From positions 620,001-684,000 of the forward strand of contig CP120462.1 in assembly GCA_034226945.1 (NCBI GenBank): a stretch of DNA of 64,000 nucleotides. The letters are read 5' to 3'. Position numbers and translations under genes: made by a program. The stretch comes from Picochlorum sp. SENEW3 (lineage: Eukaryota). Positions 1 through 12,369 of the stretch are shown here, in pieces (position 1 is the stretch's first letter; the number at the start of each line of letters is the position of its first letter). Below the pieces are notes generated by a model. That model searched no databases and had not been told where the DNA came from. It saw only the letters and a list, made by a program, of their open reading frames with translations.

Positions 1-2
1 TT

Positions 3-1343
3 CCGAGGGTATGGAAGTCACTGCGTGTCGATACGGTTCATGAGTATAGTCTTTTGATGGAATGGAAGGGGGCTGATCCCTCGCTTGATCCTATTGTTTT
101 CATCTCTCACTTGGATGTGGTGCCAGCTACGGAACGAGTGGATGCGTGGACATATCCACCATTTTCTGGCACTGTTGCGCAGGGTTATGTTTGGGGTCGG
201 GGATCTCTGGACACCAAATTTACTGCTGTTGCAATTCTGGAAGCTGTGAATCAATTACTGATCAAGGGTTTTGAGCCAAAGAGGTCGATTCTTATTGCCT
301 TTGGGCATGATGAGGAAATTGGTGGACACAAGGGTGCCCAGGCTTTGGCCGACAAACTGGAGGGTGTGACTCCTGCATTGGTTGTTGATGAAGGCGGTTT
401 CATCGTAGAGGACAATTTATCCCTCGGGAAGACCGTTTTGGCTCGAGGTCCTTTTGCTGTTCTGTCTACTGGGGAGAAGACTGCTCAGAATTGGAAGGTG
501 ACTGTACGAGGGGAAGGTGGACATGCGTCCTTGCCGGATACGGGCTCGGGAAAGACAGTAGCAGCCAAATTAGCCAAGGTTATCGCTGCCCTTGAGGCCA
601 ATCCCTTGCCGACAAAATTGGAGGCACCAACCACAGACCTACTGAAATCCATGGGTGAGGTGATGTCCTTCTGGCCATTAAGGTGGATTCTTCAGCATGC
701 GGATCATCCACTCCTTAATCCTATAATGGGCCAGATGATGGGGTCTATGGGTGGGAAGACGTTGGGCGCACTTGTGAGATCCACTGTAGGGATTGTGAGT
801 GTGCTCGCAGGTGGGAATGCAGACAATGTACTTCCTCAGGCAGGGTCGTTGAATATTAATGTGAGGACGTTACCATCAGACTCGAGAGAGTCGGTTCACC
901 AGTATTTTGAAATGCTAACGAAAAGTATTGATGAGACTATCGAGATTGAGGACATCTCTGCAGTGGTGTATCCAGAGCAGACTGTGACACCATCAGACTC
1001 GAGCCAATTCAACATGGTCAAGGGAGTGGTTCAAGAAATTTTTAGCTATCGGACTGCTGAGAAAGGTGCTGAAAGAAAACATGGATCCATGCATCATGCA
1101 ATTCCCGTGTTTCCAATGCTGCTCACTGGAATGACTGATTCAAGGTGGTACCATCGGATTGCACCTGAAAAAATTATCAGGTTCTCGCCATTCAGTTTCA
1201 ATATTTCCCGGGGAGATCTTTCCATGTTACATGGAGTGAATGAAAAAGTTCCTGTCGAGGAATACTACGACGCGGTGCGATTCTTCTCCCGACTCATGTA
1301 CAAGTCAGCTGTGGACAAGGACCAGAGTTGGTCAACAACATGA
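3..1343 (+). CDS. M20 family metallopeptidase (carboxypeptidase S / PM20D1-like), 5'-truncated by window edge
   Basis: Motifs SHLDVVPA, WGRGSLDTK, GHDEEIGG, VDEG, GGHAS, GMTDSR, HGVNE. The frame is open back to the window start (PRVWKSLRVDTVHEYSLLMEWKG). Confidence 0.9.
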   Translation, partial: PRVWKSLRVDTVHEYSLLMEWKGADPSLDPIVFISHLDVVPATERVDAWTYPPFSGTVAQGYVWGRGSLDTKFTAVAILEAVNQLLIKGFEPKRSILIAFGHDEEIGGHKGAQALADKLEGVTPALVVDEGGFIVEDNLSLGKTVLARGPFAVLSTGEKTAQNWKVTVRGEGGHASLPDTGSGKTVAAKLAKVIAALEANPLPTKLEAPTTDLLKSMGEVMSFWPLRWILQHADHPLLNPIMGQMMGSMGGKTLGALVRSTVGIVSVLAGGNADNVLPQAGSLNINVRTLPSDSRESVHQYFEMLTKSIDETIEIEDISAVVYPEQTVTPSDSSQFNMVKGVVQEIFSYRTAEKGAERKHGSMHHAIPVFPMLLTGMTDSRWYHRIAPEKIIRFSPFSFNISRGDLSMLHGVNEKVPVEEYYDAVRFFSRLMYKSAVDKDQSWSTT

Positions 1344-1352
1344 TTATCATTT

Positions 1353-2949
1353 TTATTTCTTGCTTTTCTTCGCCGTGGAACCATCAGACTCCATACTTCG
1401 CTTTTTGTTTTTTTCGTACGCCGCCTTCATCTTTGCAATGTTTTCCTTGTGCACCACTGCATGGTCAACAATTGGCTTTGGATAGTCAGTCCCAATGATG
1501 CATTGTGCAGTCTGCTGAACAGATAGGGGGGCAGTCCATGGCTCATAGATGTATTTTGACGGCATATCTTTCAATGCTGGAATATATTTTCGAATATAGT
1601 CTCCATTCTTATCATACTGCTTCCCAAATGATATGGGAGAGTACACCCTAAAGTATTGTGAGAAGAAGGCAGATGCTGACAGCCACATCCAGTTTCCATT
1701 GTTGAGTGCCCAATCTGCATCAAGCAGGTACTTTTCAAATACATCTCTACCCTCTTCCCAGCTACAGTACAGGTCACCACGGGTGAGAAAGCATGCCACG
1801 GAGTGTCGAGCAAGATGATGCATCCACCCCTCTTGGCGAAGCTGTGCCATGATGGCATCAATCCATGGAAAGCCCGTTCGACTGTGTTCCCACGCATCAA
1901 GGAATTCTTTATTATGCTTCCAGTCGATCTGCTTACATATGACATTGCCTTCCATTCTATCAAAGTTTGTAACATGTGTGCTGACACAGTAGAAGAACTC
2001 TCTCCAGTACAACTGGCCCAGCAAGGATGTTGGAGGCTTGGTATGATTTCCTTTTCTCGCCCTATAAATCTCTTGTATCTTGCTGTAGAACAGCCTGGCC
2101 GAGAGATTCCCGAATTTAAGGTACGGAGACAATAGGGTAGTGGCAGGGTATGGAGTGAATGCCGCAGGGTTACCCTTTGGCTTTTCAAAGGTAGCCACCC
2201 AGTCAACATCTGCCAGGTATTTTGCCATTCTCGCAAGCGCCGCCGTTTCCCCTCCATCCACATTCTTCTGCACATATTTGGTGTATTCTCCATACCCGAT
2301 ATCTTGAAGCGAAGGCACATCAAGTTCTGAATCCCCAAGCACATGCGCTCCTGGTGGAGGAAGAGCAGATGGTGGGTCAGAGACTGGCATAGGTGGCTCT
2401 CCTACAGACCGCACAAGCCCTTCGAATGCCTTCATCGTCAAAGGTGCTTTACCTCCATATTTGTCAATCAGCGTGCGAGGATCATACAGGGTATGTGACA
2501 CATGTGTGGACACACGTACTCCAGCCTCTTCTGCCATTGCAATAATGCTGGCATCTCTCTTCTGTGCGTACGGTTCTGTATCCGATTCAAAGCACATTGT
2601 ACTCACTTGCCACTCTTGTATCTTCTTTGGAAGAATCTCCTCGGGTTTCCCCCGTAGAACCAACAAACGAGAGCCTCTGGCTCGTAAGGACTCGTGGAGG
2701 TCTTTCAGCGACTGGAGCAGAAACTGTATCCGATTGACCCCAATTTTTTCTGGGTCCATAAAATGTGGGTCAAGTACAAAGACTGGGTACAAATGGTCCA
2801 CATCTTGGGCTGCTTCTAGCAGAGCAGGGTTGTCATGCAACCGTAACCCCTAAAACACACAATCAACGACAATGTATCAGCTCTAGGCCCTCAAAATTAC
2901 CTACAAATATACATACCTTTCTAAACCAGACAATGGATGACGTTTTCAT
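1353..2949 (-). CDS. UVR3: (6-4) DNA photolyase / cryptochrome family; 2 exons (2949-2917, 2849-1353)
   Basis: Spliced N-terminus MKTSSIVWFRK|GLRLHDNPAL. FAD-domain motifs LSPYLKFG, GQLYWREFFY, TGFPWIDAIM, GWMHHLARHSVACFLTRGDL, NGNWMWLS including the (6-4) His residues. Intron GTATGT..TTTAG, 67 nt. Confidence 0.93.
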
Positions 2950-3100
2950 TGAACTGGTGTGCAATGCTCTGGGTCGACAGGCAGCAACAGCACTCAAGTA
3001 TGTTGTCTTCACGGAAACCCCAATTACACGGTGCATACACTACAGGGTATATATGTCATAATACACGTATATAAAACAATCGATATTGCTGTACATTACA

Positions 3101-5289
3101 TCACGAATTCTGTTCTATGGAGGATGACATTCGTCTCAAATATTCCTTGGCTCTAAACACTTGATCTCTAGCTTTTGATATCGTATCTGCATCCGAGGAT
3201 GAGAGAGCATCATCATCTGATGACGAGTCGAAATTATCCTTCTGATGTTCTTCCTCTGCTTCGATATCAATGCCAATGCGCTCACCTCCTTGTCCCACAT
3301 CTGGGCGGTGGGCTTGAAGGTAGGGCCCCTCACTCCCATCAGATTGTGTCACATACAATGCCGATGTCTTCTCTCGCCTAGGGGTGGAATCTAACAAGGA
3401 TAGTTTCAGTGCAGCAAGCTGCTGCCTCAACTCTGAATGTGGTGTTGGGGCAGGCGCGTGTTCCACCACATCCTGTGGCTTCCCAAATGAGATACTCTGT
3501 GCTTCTTCACTGGCAGATCCATCCTCACGGCCAAACGTCAACTCATGCGCTATATCTTTCACAGAAGACTCTTCATGCATGTCCTCTTGGACAGAAACAT
3601 TATTTGCAGGCTTGGTCTCCTTTCTCACCGTGGCGCACTGCGTCAGAACTTGAACTTGGCCATGGAGCATTTCCAACTCTCTCTTCAAAGAATCCTTTTC
3701 GGCTACCCATGCACTTTCTTTTGTCTTATGTTCTGCTTCCAGAGCCTCCATCTCAGAAGACAACGCCTTCTTCTCGGCAGCTGCAGCACCTCGCAGGTGC
3801 TCAAGCTCATGCTCCAGCCGTGACACAGTCGTCTTTAAACCTTCCACCCGTGCTCGTTCATCCCGCACATTAGACTCTGAAGCACTCAAAAGCTCTCTCA
3901 AACCCTCAATCTCTGCCTTCAATGCGTCATGTTCCTTCTTGTATCCATCAAGCATGTGCTCTGTGGTCTTTGACATCTGAGATGCACCATCAATCGCTCC
4001 AGTCAGCCGCTCAACATCCCCTCTCGCTTTCGCTGCCTCATCCTGTAGGGATAAATTCTCTGACTTGAGCGCATCGCACAACTCCTCCAGCTGCTCCACC
4101 TTGCTCTGCATTGCCTTTTCTCTTCGAAGACTCTCTGCTGCAGACATCTCAGCCCGTCTATACTTTTGCTCCGCCATCTTCAGCGCCTCCACCCGCTCCT
4201 CCACCTCCTCTTCCAACGCCACACGCTCTCGCCGACCATCCTGCATCTCTTGCGCCCGAGACACACGCAGCTCCTCCACCTCCTCCTCCAAATCCAAAAT
4301 ACGCCGACTCTTCACCGCCTCCGTCTCCTTTGCATCCTTCTCTAACACATCATATTGATATTCAAGCTGCTCTAAACTCTTCATCGCCGCATCAAACTTG
4401 TTCACCGCCCTCTGCCTCTCCCTCTCCACATCCCTCATCACAGACTCTTTCTTCTTCATCTCAGACAGCAACACCTCATTCTCCTGCCGCACCTTTCCAT
4501 TCAACGACTTGAGCGCATCCATCTTTCCTTCCAACGACACCATCGCATCCCGATGCTCCCTCTCCACACGCCTCTCCCGTGCCTCCACCTCATTCTTATA
4601 CAAGGCAAACTCCTCTTCCATCCGAGACACCTCCTCATCCCTGGACAACCTCGCCTCCGCTATATACTTTTCAGACAACCCCAACGCCTCCTCATGCCGC
4701 ACTTTGACCCCCTGCAATTCCACCCGCAAACTCCGAAGAGCATCCTCCCGTGCCTCCATCTCCTTGACCAAACTCTTCAAACGCACATCCTTACTCTCCA
4801 CCTCCCGCTTCAACGCCTCCACAACCTCCTCCATATCCTCATCTTCTTGTTGTTGTTCTTCTTGTAGTACAGAGACATGCTGCTCCAGGGGCGTATCACT
4901 GATCCGACGATCACTGCTCCCACTCGTGCGAGCAACACGGCCTTGCCGTGACAACCGTGCCGTTACACCACTCGTCGGCGTCTGATGCATCCCACTCTGT
5001 AAAGAAGACTTTCTTTTCGTTTTACTCGTCGATTGAGATGATAATTCCTGCGAGTAAAAACAACCGTATCAAGGGTGTGAATTTCAAACACCGCCCCGTC
5101 TGTCACCAGAGAAAACCACCCATCCATACCCCATACCTCTAATAATATACCCCCAAAATGCCTTAAACGCCCCCCAGGGGTCAGCTGATGATCTGAACCA
5201 TGCGACTGTGTTGGATCTTCTTGGGACATGACGCCATGTCCGAGAAATGAAGACGACCGTTCAACACCGTCTGTTTGTCCTTCATCCAT
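3101..5289 (-). CDS. Long coiled-coil protein of unknown function; 2 exons (5289-5137, 5047-3101)
   Basis: 629-aa E/K/R-rich heptad ORF, joined in frame to an upstream ATG exon by intron 5136-5048 (GTATGG..CGCAG). Confidence 0.75.
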
Positions 5290-5310
5290 ACTGTAACTTT
5301 ACTATATTTA

Positions 5311-6478
5311 TTACAATGGAGTAAATGAATCGATAATAGCACGCATGGTGTCATCATTTGTGGATGCCTGCATGGTCAACAGGGTGACTGTTGTTGTTCT
5401 TCTTCTTCTGTTGGATGACTGATCAGATCATGATCTTCAGATGGATCAGGGAGGAAGAGCGTCCTGGCAAGGATGCGCTTGGTTTGAATGGGAACATCCT
5501 GGCCATACGTACCCTGCATTATGTATATGTATGTGACTCAGAGGTGTCATGGTCTACGGAGGGACAGACACGCAGCATCATCATGGAATTAAAAACACAT
5601 ACCGTGCATCGAAGGACACCGCCAGCGCCTTCCACAATCTCCTGTCCCCTGCAGACAGATTGTTCATACTCATATTCATACATGATGATGTTGTCTTCTG
5701 TTGTGAAGAGCGAGTCCTGAATGAGTCTGAATCCTGTGGTGGAGGCATCATCAATGAGGGGTTGGATGCACAGTTTGTAGGCATCTTCTGGTGTCTGAGG
5801 GAGCCCCACATCACGCACGCGCTGTCTAAATACTGTTGCTGTGTGGATTGTGTTGGTGAAATTTCCTATCGAGATGATGGCTCCGTCGCGAGACGTATCC
5901 TGTGTTCTATCATAGGCAATCACAAATGAGGCAGGGTATGAAAAAGAAAATCCTTGCTGGGCAGCAGTACTTGCAAATGTCCGTCTGCCTTGTTCTGGTT
6001 TCTGCGACATGTTCTTCTTCATCATCTTCTTGGATTGATATTCTTTTTCTTCTTCTTCCTTGTGAGTGATGGCGGATGGTGCACCCTGGGCAGCAGGCTG
6101 CCACATGCCAAAAGCCAACCAAGACAGGATGAGAGACCGTCGACACCTGATCAAGTCATCAAGTTCGCGTGGATGGGTATGATCACGCCTACTACTACTA
6201 CTACTGCTATCGTCTACTACTCTGTTGATGTCACGTTCCTTTGCTTCCAACGCGATCAATAGTCTCCTCCTCCTTCTTCTTCCTCTTGTGCAGCAGGAAG
6301 AAGAGGGAGGAAGAGGAGAAGCAACAAGAGGCACCGAGACCCACATGTTGCGAGGCATGGCGATGCCATACACATCATTCTGCGATGGAATTGGTTTCAT
6401 AGTTGGATGTATAATCCATGCATGATTTTGATACCTTCTCAGAGCAGCAGTTCGATAAAGACGAGAGAGACGTGCCAT
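5311..6478 (-). CDS. PsbP-domain (PPD-like) thylakoid lumen protein; intron from 5602; 3' end ambiguous
   Basis: Transit peptide, twin-Arg plus hydrophobic signal (RCRRSLILSWLAFGMWQPAAQG), then GFSFSYPASF and YEYEYE. A PsbP-like tail (LLTMQAS...RAIIDSF) lies in a second frame ending at 5311. Start codon uncertain. Confidence 0.65.
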
Positions 6479-6613
6479 TTGTATTTAATGTATCTATTTA
6501 CGATGGGTCAATGCACGTGGACCGGGATGCGGTTCAATCTAAAAACCATGTGTGTGTCTCTTGTATCGCCAGTTGAATATTACATCTTTTTATGTGCTGA
6601 TAGGACTATCAGT

Positions 6614-8349
6614 ATGGGATTGTATCAGCAGAATATGAGTTCGAAAGAGGGAGAGAACGTTCCAACGATGAATGTCAATCAGGAATCTGCGACTGTGAGG
6701 AAAGACACGGGAGGGATGGATTTGTATGCCATTTTGGATTTACCCAAGAATGCTGGGAGTAAAGAGGTATGTGGTTGGTGTTTTGAATGGTGGCACGGCG
6801 CTCTTTGGTTGTGTTTATTTTTCAAATGAGTTCATCTTGTACTTTTCTGAAAATTCCCTACTACTAATACGAGACTTGGCATAGTATTATTATGTTATAT
6901 CCATCTGTGTTGTAGATCAGACGGGCGTACAGGAATCTGGCGACCAAGGAACATCCCGATAAAGGTGGTAGTTTGGAGAGGTTTCGACTGTTGCAGCAGG
7001 CGTATGAGACTCTGTCTGATCCGGACAAGAAGCGCGTGTATGATGAGACTGGTCAGGTGATGCGGACGGCGGAGGAGGAGTTTATTGATGGTTTTGGAGG
7101 AGGTAATTTCAGGGATCGTGGGAAAATGGCTCCGCAGACGAGAGCAAATTTGTCAGAGCAGTTGGCCGTGAGGCAGGTGGATCAGAGTCATACGGCAGGG
7201 TTTGAAGCATGGATGCGGTCACGGGGACAGGATGGGGTTCAGACATTTACATCGGAGGATATTATTGATCAGTTTGGGGTGGTGAAGGGGTCGTACGAGC
7301 CTGTCATGTTGCCAAAGATCAAGGCGTATACAGTGACGTGTCAGCGCGCTGGCCTTCCAAAGGAAGTGTTGACGGTGGATATGGAGGATATTCCGCCAGA
7401 GCTGGAATGGGGTGAGGTTTTGGTGAGCATGAGGATGATGCCAATAAGTCCTGCGGATTTATATACTATTCATACCGGAGGGCTGTATGGGAATGATCCT
7501 CCTGTCAAGGCACCGTTTGTGCCAGGGCATGATGGGATTGGAGTTGTGGTGAAGAACGGGCCGGGTGTGAAGGATATCCGCGAAGGGGATTGGGTGATTC
7601 CATTAAAGTCAAACATGGGTACTTGGAGGTCTTTGGCAGCGTTTAAAGCGAAAGATGTGTTGGTGATTCCAGCTGATGTGATGCCCATGGATCAGGCAGC
7701 ATTGATTCGTGAAATGATTACTGCCTATAGGCTTCTGGAGGATGCCAACCTCAAGCCGGGAGACTGTGTGATTTTGAATGGTGCTAATGGTACTGTTGGT
7801 CAGTGTATTATACAATTGTGCCATGTGTTACGCCTGCGAGCCGTTGCTGTTGTGTCTCCAGAGAGTGACTTTGAAAAGACATCTGCATGGTTGAAAAAGC
7901 TCGGTGCGGTCCATGTGATTCGTGATCAGGGATCGATCAAAGGAGAGATGAACAAGCTTAAATTCTTTGCCAAACCTAAACTTGGACTTGATTGTATTGG
8001 TGGAGACTCGGGTGTGCGTGTATCAGAAGCCATGTCTGCTGATGGGGCACAAATGGTGATTTATGGCTGCATGAGTGGAAGGAGTCCAAACTGGAACTGG
8101 AAGTCATGGGTCTTTGGTGGTATGAAAATTAAAGGATTTAATACTCGTAAATGGATTTCAGACAATCAGAGCAAAGTGCCAAAGCTGGTTGAGACACTTG
8201 GCAAGTTGGTGAGAAACAACACCCTGTCTGCTCAGGTGACAGAGTATGAAATGGCGACTGATTTCGACGAAGCATTAGACCATGCTATGGATCGAGGAAA
8301 GAATACAAAAGTGTTGCTCAAGGTATCTGATGTTGGAGAACATGCTTGA
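6614..8349 (+). CDS. DnaJ domain fused to an MDR-family trans-2-enoyl-CoA reductase (MECR-like); 2 exons (6614-6766, 6916-8349)
   Basis: J-domain DLYAILDL..KE|IRRAYRNLATKEHPDKGG..AYETLSDPDKKRVYD. MDR motifs PISPADL, VPGHDGIGVV, GDWVIP, GTWRS, NGANGTVG, YGCMSG. Start may be at 6635. Confidence 0.85.
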
Positions 8350-8353
8350 TTGA

Positions 8354-9184
8354 TTATGGACGGCTCCTCTGGAGCTGTAACTGATCATGAAGAACAACAG
8401 ATGCCTCATGCAGTGAGGAGACGATGAAATCCGGCACAGCGTTGATTTCCACCAACTTGGGATCATTCCTTTCTTTATATACGTTCTTTTCATCTAGTAA
8501 TATCGTCACTGCACCCGCTGCATTCCCACATACGACATCATCCTTTGCAGAATCACCAATCATGACTAATTCACTGGGTGACACATTCCACTGCTCTGCA
8601 ATGTGATGCAACGACGCAGGGTCGGGTTTGTACGGCCTCCACTCTCTCGATAACGATGGGTGAAATGGAGGCAATGGGAACGCCGTGTCGTGGAAGAACT
8701 GTACAGACGACGACACATTCCTGGTGACAAGTGCTCGGGGAATGTTGCGTTCATCCAACAACGAGCACAACTCCACTGCCCCAGGCATGATTTTCATATT
8801 TTCTAATGCTTCCTCTTCAATAGCTGCAATCTTTGCAAACGCTCCGTCCTGCTTCTCTTGCGGCCAACTGTGAATCACATGCAGAATATCTCCACTCTCA
8901 ATCCCCACACTCTGCCGCATCTTTGCAAAATCAATGCATGGGACTGTCAGCGTCCCATCCATGTCGAACACCACCCCTCGAATCACCCGACCTACTGCAT
9001 CGCTCTGCACAGAATGGTTTTCCTTCGCCATGGCAGTCGAGTAGGCTATTCTACCACTACTATGGGTTGAGGGACCTCTGCTTTTGCTGCTGCTGCTTCT
9101 ACCACACAAGCAGACGTGTATTGATGAGGGCAATACGCGGCAGATTGTCGTAGAAATATTAAGAACACGTGTCAGAGATGCCAT
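8354..9184 (-). CDS. HAD-superfamily hydrolase with N-terminal organellar transit peptide
   Basis: VVFDMDGTL (motif I), LVTRN, YKPDP, MIGDSAKDD. Confidence 0.9.
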   Translation of the reverse strand: MASLTRVLNISTTICRVLPSSIHVCLCGRSSSSKSRGPSTHSSGRIAYSTAMAKENHSVQSDAVGRVIRGVVFDMDGTLTVPCIDFAKMRQSVGIESGDILHVIHSWPQEKQDGAFAKIAAIEEEALENMKIMPGAVELCSLLDERNIPRALVTRNVSSSVQFFHDTAFPLPPFHPSLSREWRPYKPDPASLHHIAEQWNVSPSELVMIGDSAKDDVVCGNAAGAVTILLDEKNVYKERNDPKLVEINAVPDFIVSSLHEASVVLHDQLQLQRSRP

Positions 9185-9612
9185 GAATTCGATTTACAAT
9201 GCCTTTGAATGGCACGAATCCGAGCCTTTGCGATGCACTGAAAACCGTAAATAAAACATTTAGATCATCGCGATACCCTATACATGTGGACCATCGTCGT
9301 CAGTTGACACAGCAGAAGATTCTTTAATAGTGCTATACTCCTGGTCAGGTATGTCGATAAGAAAAAGGTGTAATCTGTCTCAGCCATTCTGCTGATTGTT
9401 GATCCCTCTGATCAATGCCATGGTGTCGATCAGCCTGGCCACGATTGAATTCACTCGCATTTCTGTTTTATTGCCCTTCTTTTCGATGTACACGCATTTT
9501 ATCGCCATATGGTTTAATTATGATACTTTTCGAATCATTTCGATGGCGCAGGATTGAATTTGACAGGATTGTGTCAGTTCCCTTGAGTCCACGAACAACA
9601 CGGTGAGGCAGT

Positions 9613-12353
9613 ATGTTTGGGCGGCAAGGATCGGGGGCAACCCCGGTGGAGAAGTTGACGGAGGAGTTATCCAAAAAGACGATACAGATGGATATGATGG
9701 AGACGACGTTGAATAAAACCAAACATGAACTGGAGGAGACGAAGAAGTTGGTTGCAGAGCTACGCAAGGTGGGTTTTCAGTTGTGGGTATAGTATTACAT
9801 GCTGCATTGCTAGGGCGATTTGCATGATGACACATTTTTTTTATGTAGGAAAAAGCGGCTAAAGCATCGTTATGTACAAAGCTGGAAGAGACTACTGAAA
9901 AATTGAAGAAGGATGTGAAGCAGAAGGAGTATGCTGTGACATCGTTGCAGGAGCAGATTCAGTCGCTCAAATCAAAGCCTGTCGCGCGTTCGGCATCTAG
10001 GTCAGAGTCTCCTGGATTTTTGAGATCTTCTTTCTCAGAGAGGTCTCCATCGTCATCCACTGTGTCGATCGGCGAGGAAGGATCTTCCCAAGCTGCTTCC
10101 GAGTTGATGAGGCAAGTGGAGGATTTGAAGAAAGAGGTGGAGACATTGCGTGCGGCTGGAACGACAAAGATGAGATCCCCGCTGGCTTCCAGTACTGGGT
10201 TTGGTGCATCTCCTCAAGTTCTTGATGCGAATCGCGTCAGGGCACTGAATGATGAAGTGTCTACCTGGAAGGACAGGTCTGAGAGTTTGATGTCAGAGCT
10301 GCAGTCGACAAAGAGGAGGTTGGCAGCCATGGAGACTGAATACTCCATGTCACAAGAACTTGTGGCTCAGGCTCAAGATGCAAAAGAAAAGGCTGAAAGT
10401 CGGTATAAATCTGCCCAAGAGGAGGTGATGCAATTGAGGGAGTTGGCTGCACAAGATTCCTCTGCATTGAAGTCTCAGTTGAGGCAGTCTCAGGGTCTTG
10501 CGGCTCGTCATGCATCGGATGCCGATGAAGTGGCAAGCCATGCGGATGCACTCCAAAAGAAGATTGATGCTCTTGTGACGGAGAGAGAGGCCATGGAGAG
10601 GGCCAAGGACGAAGCTCTGGCGCTTGCCAACAAGGCAAAAGATTCTGCTCGAGCAGCGTTGGCCGACAAGGATATGCTTTCAAAAGAATTGGATGAAAAG
10701 GTCGTATCGTTTGCGTCTCTGAAGGCGAAATACGATAGTTTGGAAGCATCTAAAAGGGCATCAGACGCACAGTTCGAGGCATTATGTGCCAAGTTGAATG
10801 CTGCCCATTCTGTTGCACAAATGAACGAGGCAAATGCGCAAGCCATGGCTGGAACTGCTTCTAAGGCAGAAATGGACGCCTCTCAGCTTTTGAAACGACT
10901 TGAGGCGACTCAAGAGCGCTGCGATGCAGCCGAGTTGTCAATGGAGGGATTGAGAGCTCAGTTGGAATCTACACAAGAAGAACTCAAGGCAAAATGCGAA
11001 GAGCACAATCAGCTCTCGAATGCATTTGAGGAGGCGACAACAAAGATGGCCGCTTTAAGCGTTGATGGAGGTGAAAAGAATGCGCAGAAAAATGCTGCAT
11101 TGTCAGCGAATGCCTTGTTGGAGGAGAAGATATTTGTTTTGGAAAAGGACATTGCCAGCCGGGATGCAACAATTAAAGATCTGACCCAGGAGATGGACTC
11201 GTTGAACACGCTTTTGATTCAAAGAACAAAAGATTTGGAGCACACGGAACTGCTCTTGAGTAATGCCAAGAGTGCAGTGGAGTCTGTGACAGAGAAGTCT
11301 GCATTGAATGCATCAGACTTTGAGTCTCATACAAGCACGATTGTAGATGACTTGGAAAAAATGAAAGAAAGAGCAGAGAAGGCTGAACGCGATGCCCGCG
11401 AAGCTCAGGAACTTCAATTACATGCAGTTGCTGCAGCAAAACAAGCAACTCAATCCCTGGATGCTGTGAAACAGGAACTGGAAGACCACAAGGAGTTGTT
11501 GAGGGCAGAGTCAGACCGAGCAGATGCTCTTTCTGACCTTCTGGAACACCGGGAGGAAGAGCTGAAGGCATTACGACAGGAAATTGCCGAATTGAAATCT
11601 AAATCGAACCAGGCAGAAGATTTGCTCCTTGATGCAGAGCAGTCTGGTAAAAAGATGGACAGTCTGCACGCTCAATTGACAGCGGCCAATGAAGATGTTG
11701 TGACATTAAAGGATGAGCTTGAGTCAAAGCAGACAGAGATCACTCAACTGATTGCTGTTCAAAAAGACAAGGAGAGAAAGATTGAATCTCTTGAAGGTGC
11801 CCACGCCGACCTATGTGCCCAAATGGAGGACTTGAGAAGCTCCCTCACAGAGACTGAGGACAAGCTGGGGCAGTTTGAGCAGAGAGCCCTTCAAGCAGAG
11901 ATGAAAGCCAGTGATGCACAAAGCTTGGCAAGAGACTTTGAAATCGCCAAAGAAGACGCAGAGAAGTCAACAGAATCTCTGCAACAAGAGCTTGAAAAGG
12001 CAAAGGAGGAGATCCTCGCATTGCAACGAGATGGAGTAACAGGTGCTGAAGATTCACGTGATGCAGCACACGCCTCTGATGCAGAGGAGCATGTGAAGGA
12101 ACTGAGATCAAGAGTTGACCAGCTCGAGAAGCTCCTGGAAGACGAGAAGAATAAATCTCAAAACCTAGAAGCAGATCTTAAGACGGAAAAGCGTCGAGCG
12201 AATGCTGCGGCAATGAAGGCAGCTGGACTGGATGCGTCAGCAAGTAGTGCTGATCAAGACCCGCCTGCTGATACTGGCAATGCACGTGATGATGGTCACG
12301 CACACGTTGTGAACAAGGTTGTTTCATCAATTTTTGACAAGTATAGAAAGTAA
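9613..12353 (+). CDS. Long coiled-coil protein; 2 coding exons (9613-9768, 9849-12353)
   Basis: 816-aa A/E/K/L-rich ORF extended in frame by an upstream ATG exon across GTGGGT..ATGTAG. No catalytic motifs seen. Confidence 0.75.
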
Positions 12354-12369
12354 TAGCACTGATGTATCA

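Noticed and set aside
4000..4900. Extreme C/T strand skew
   Set aside because: Explained by Glu/Arg/Lys (GAG/AGG/AAG) codons of the minus-strand coiled-coil gene; same for 56160-56230.
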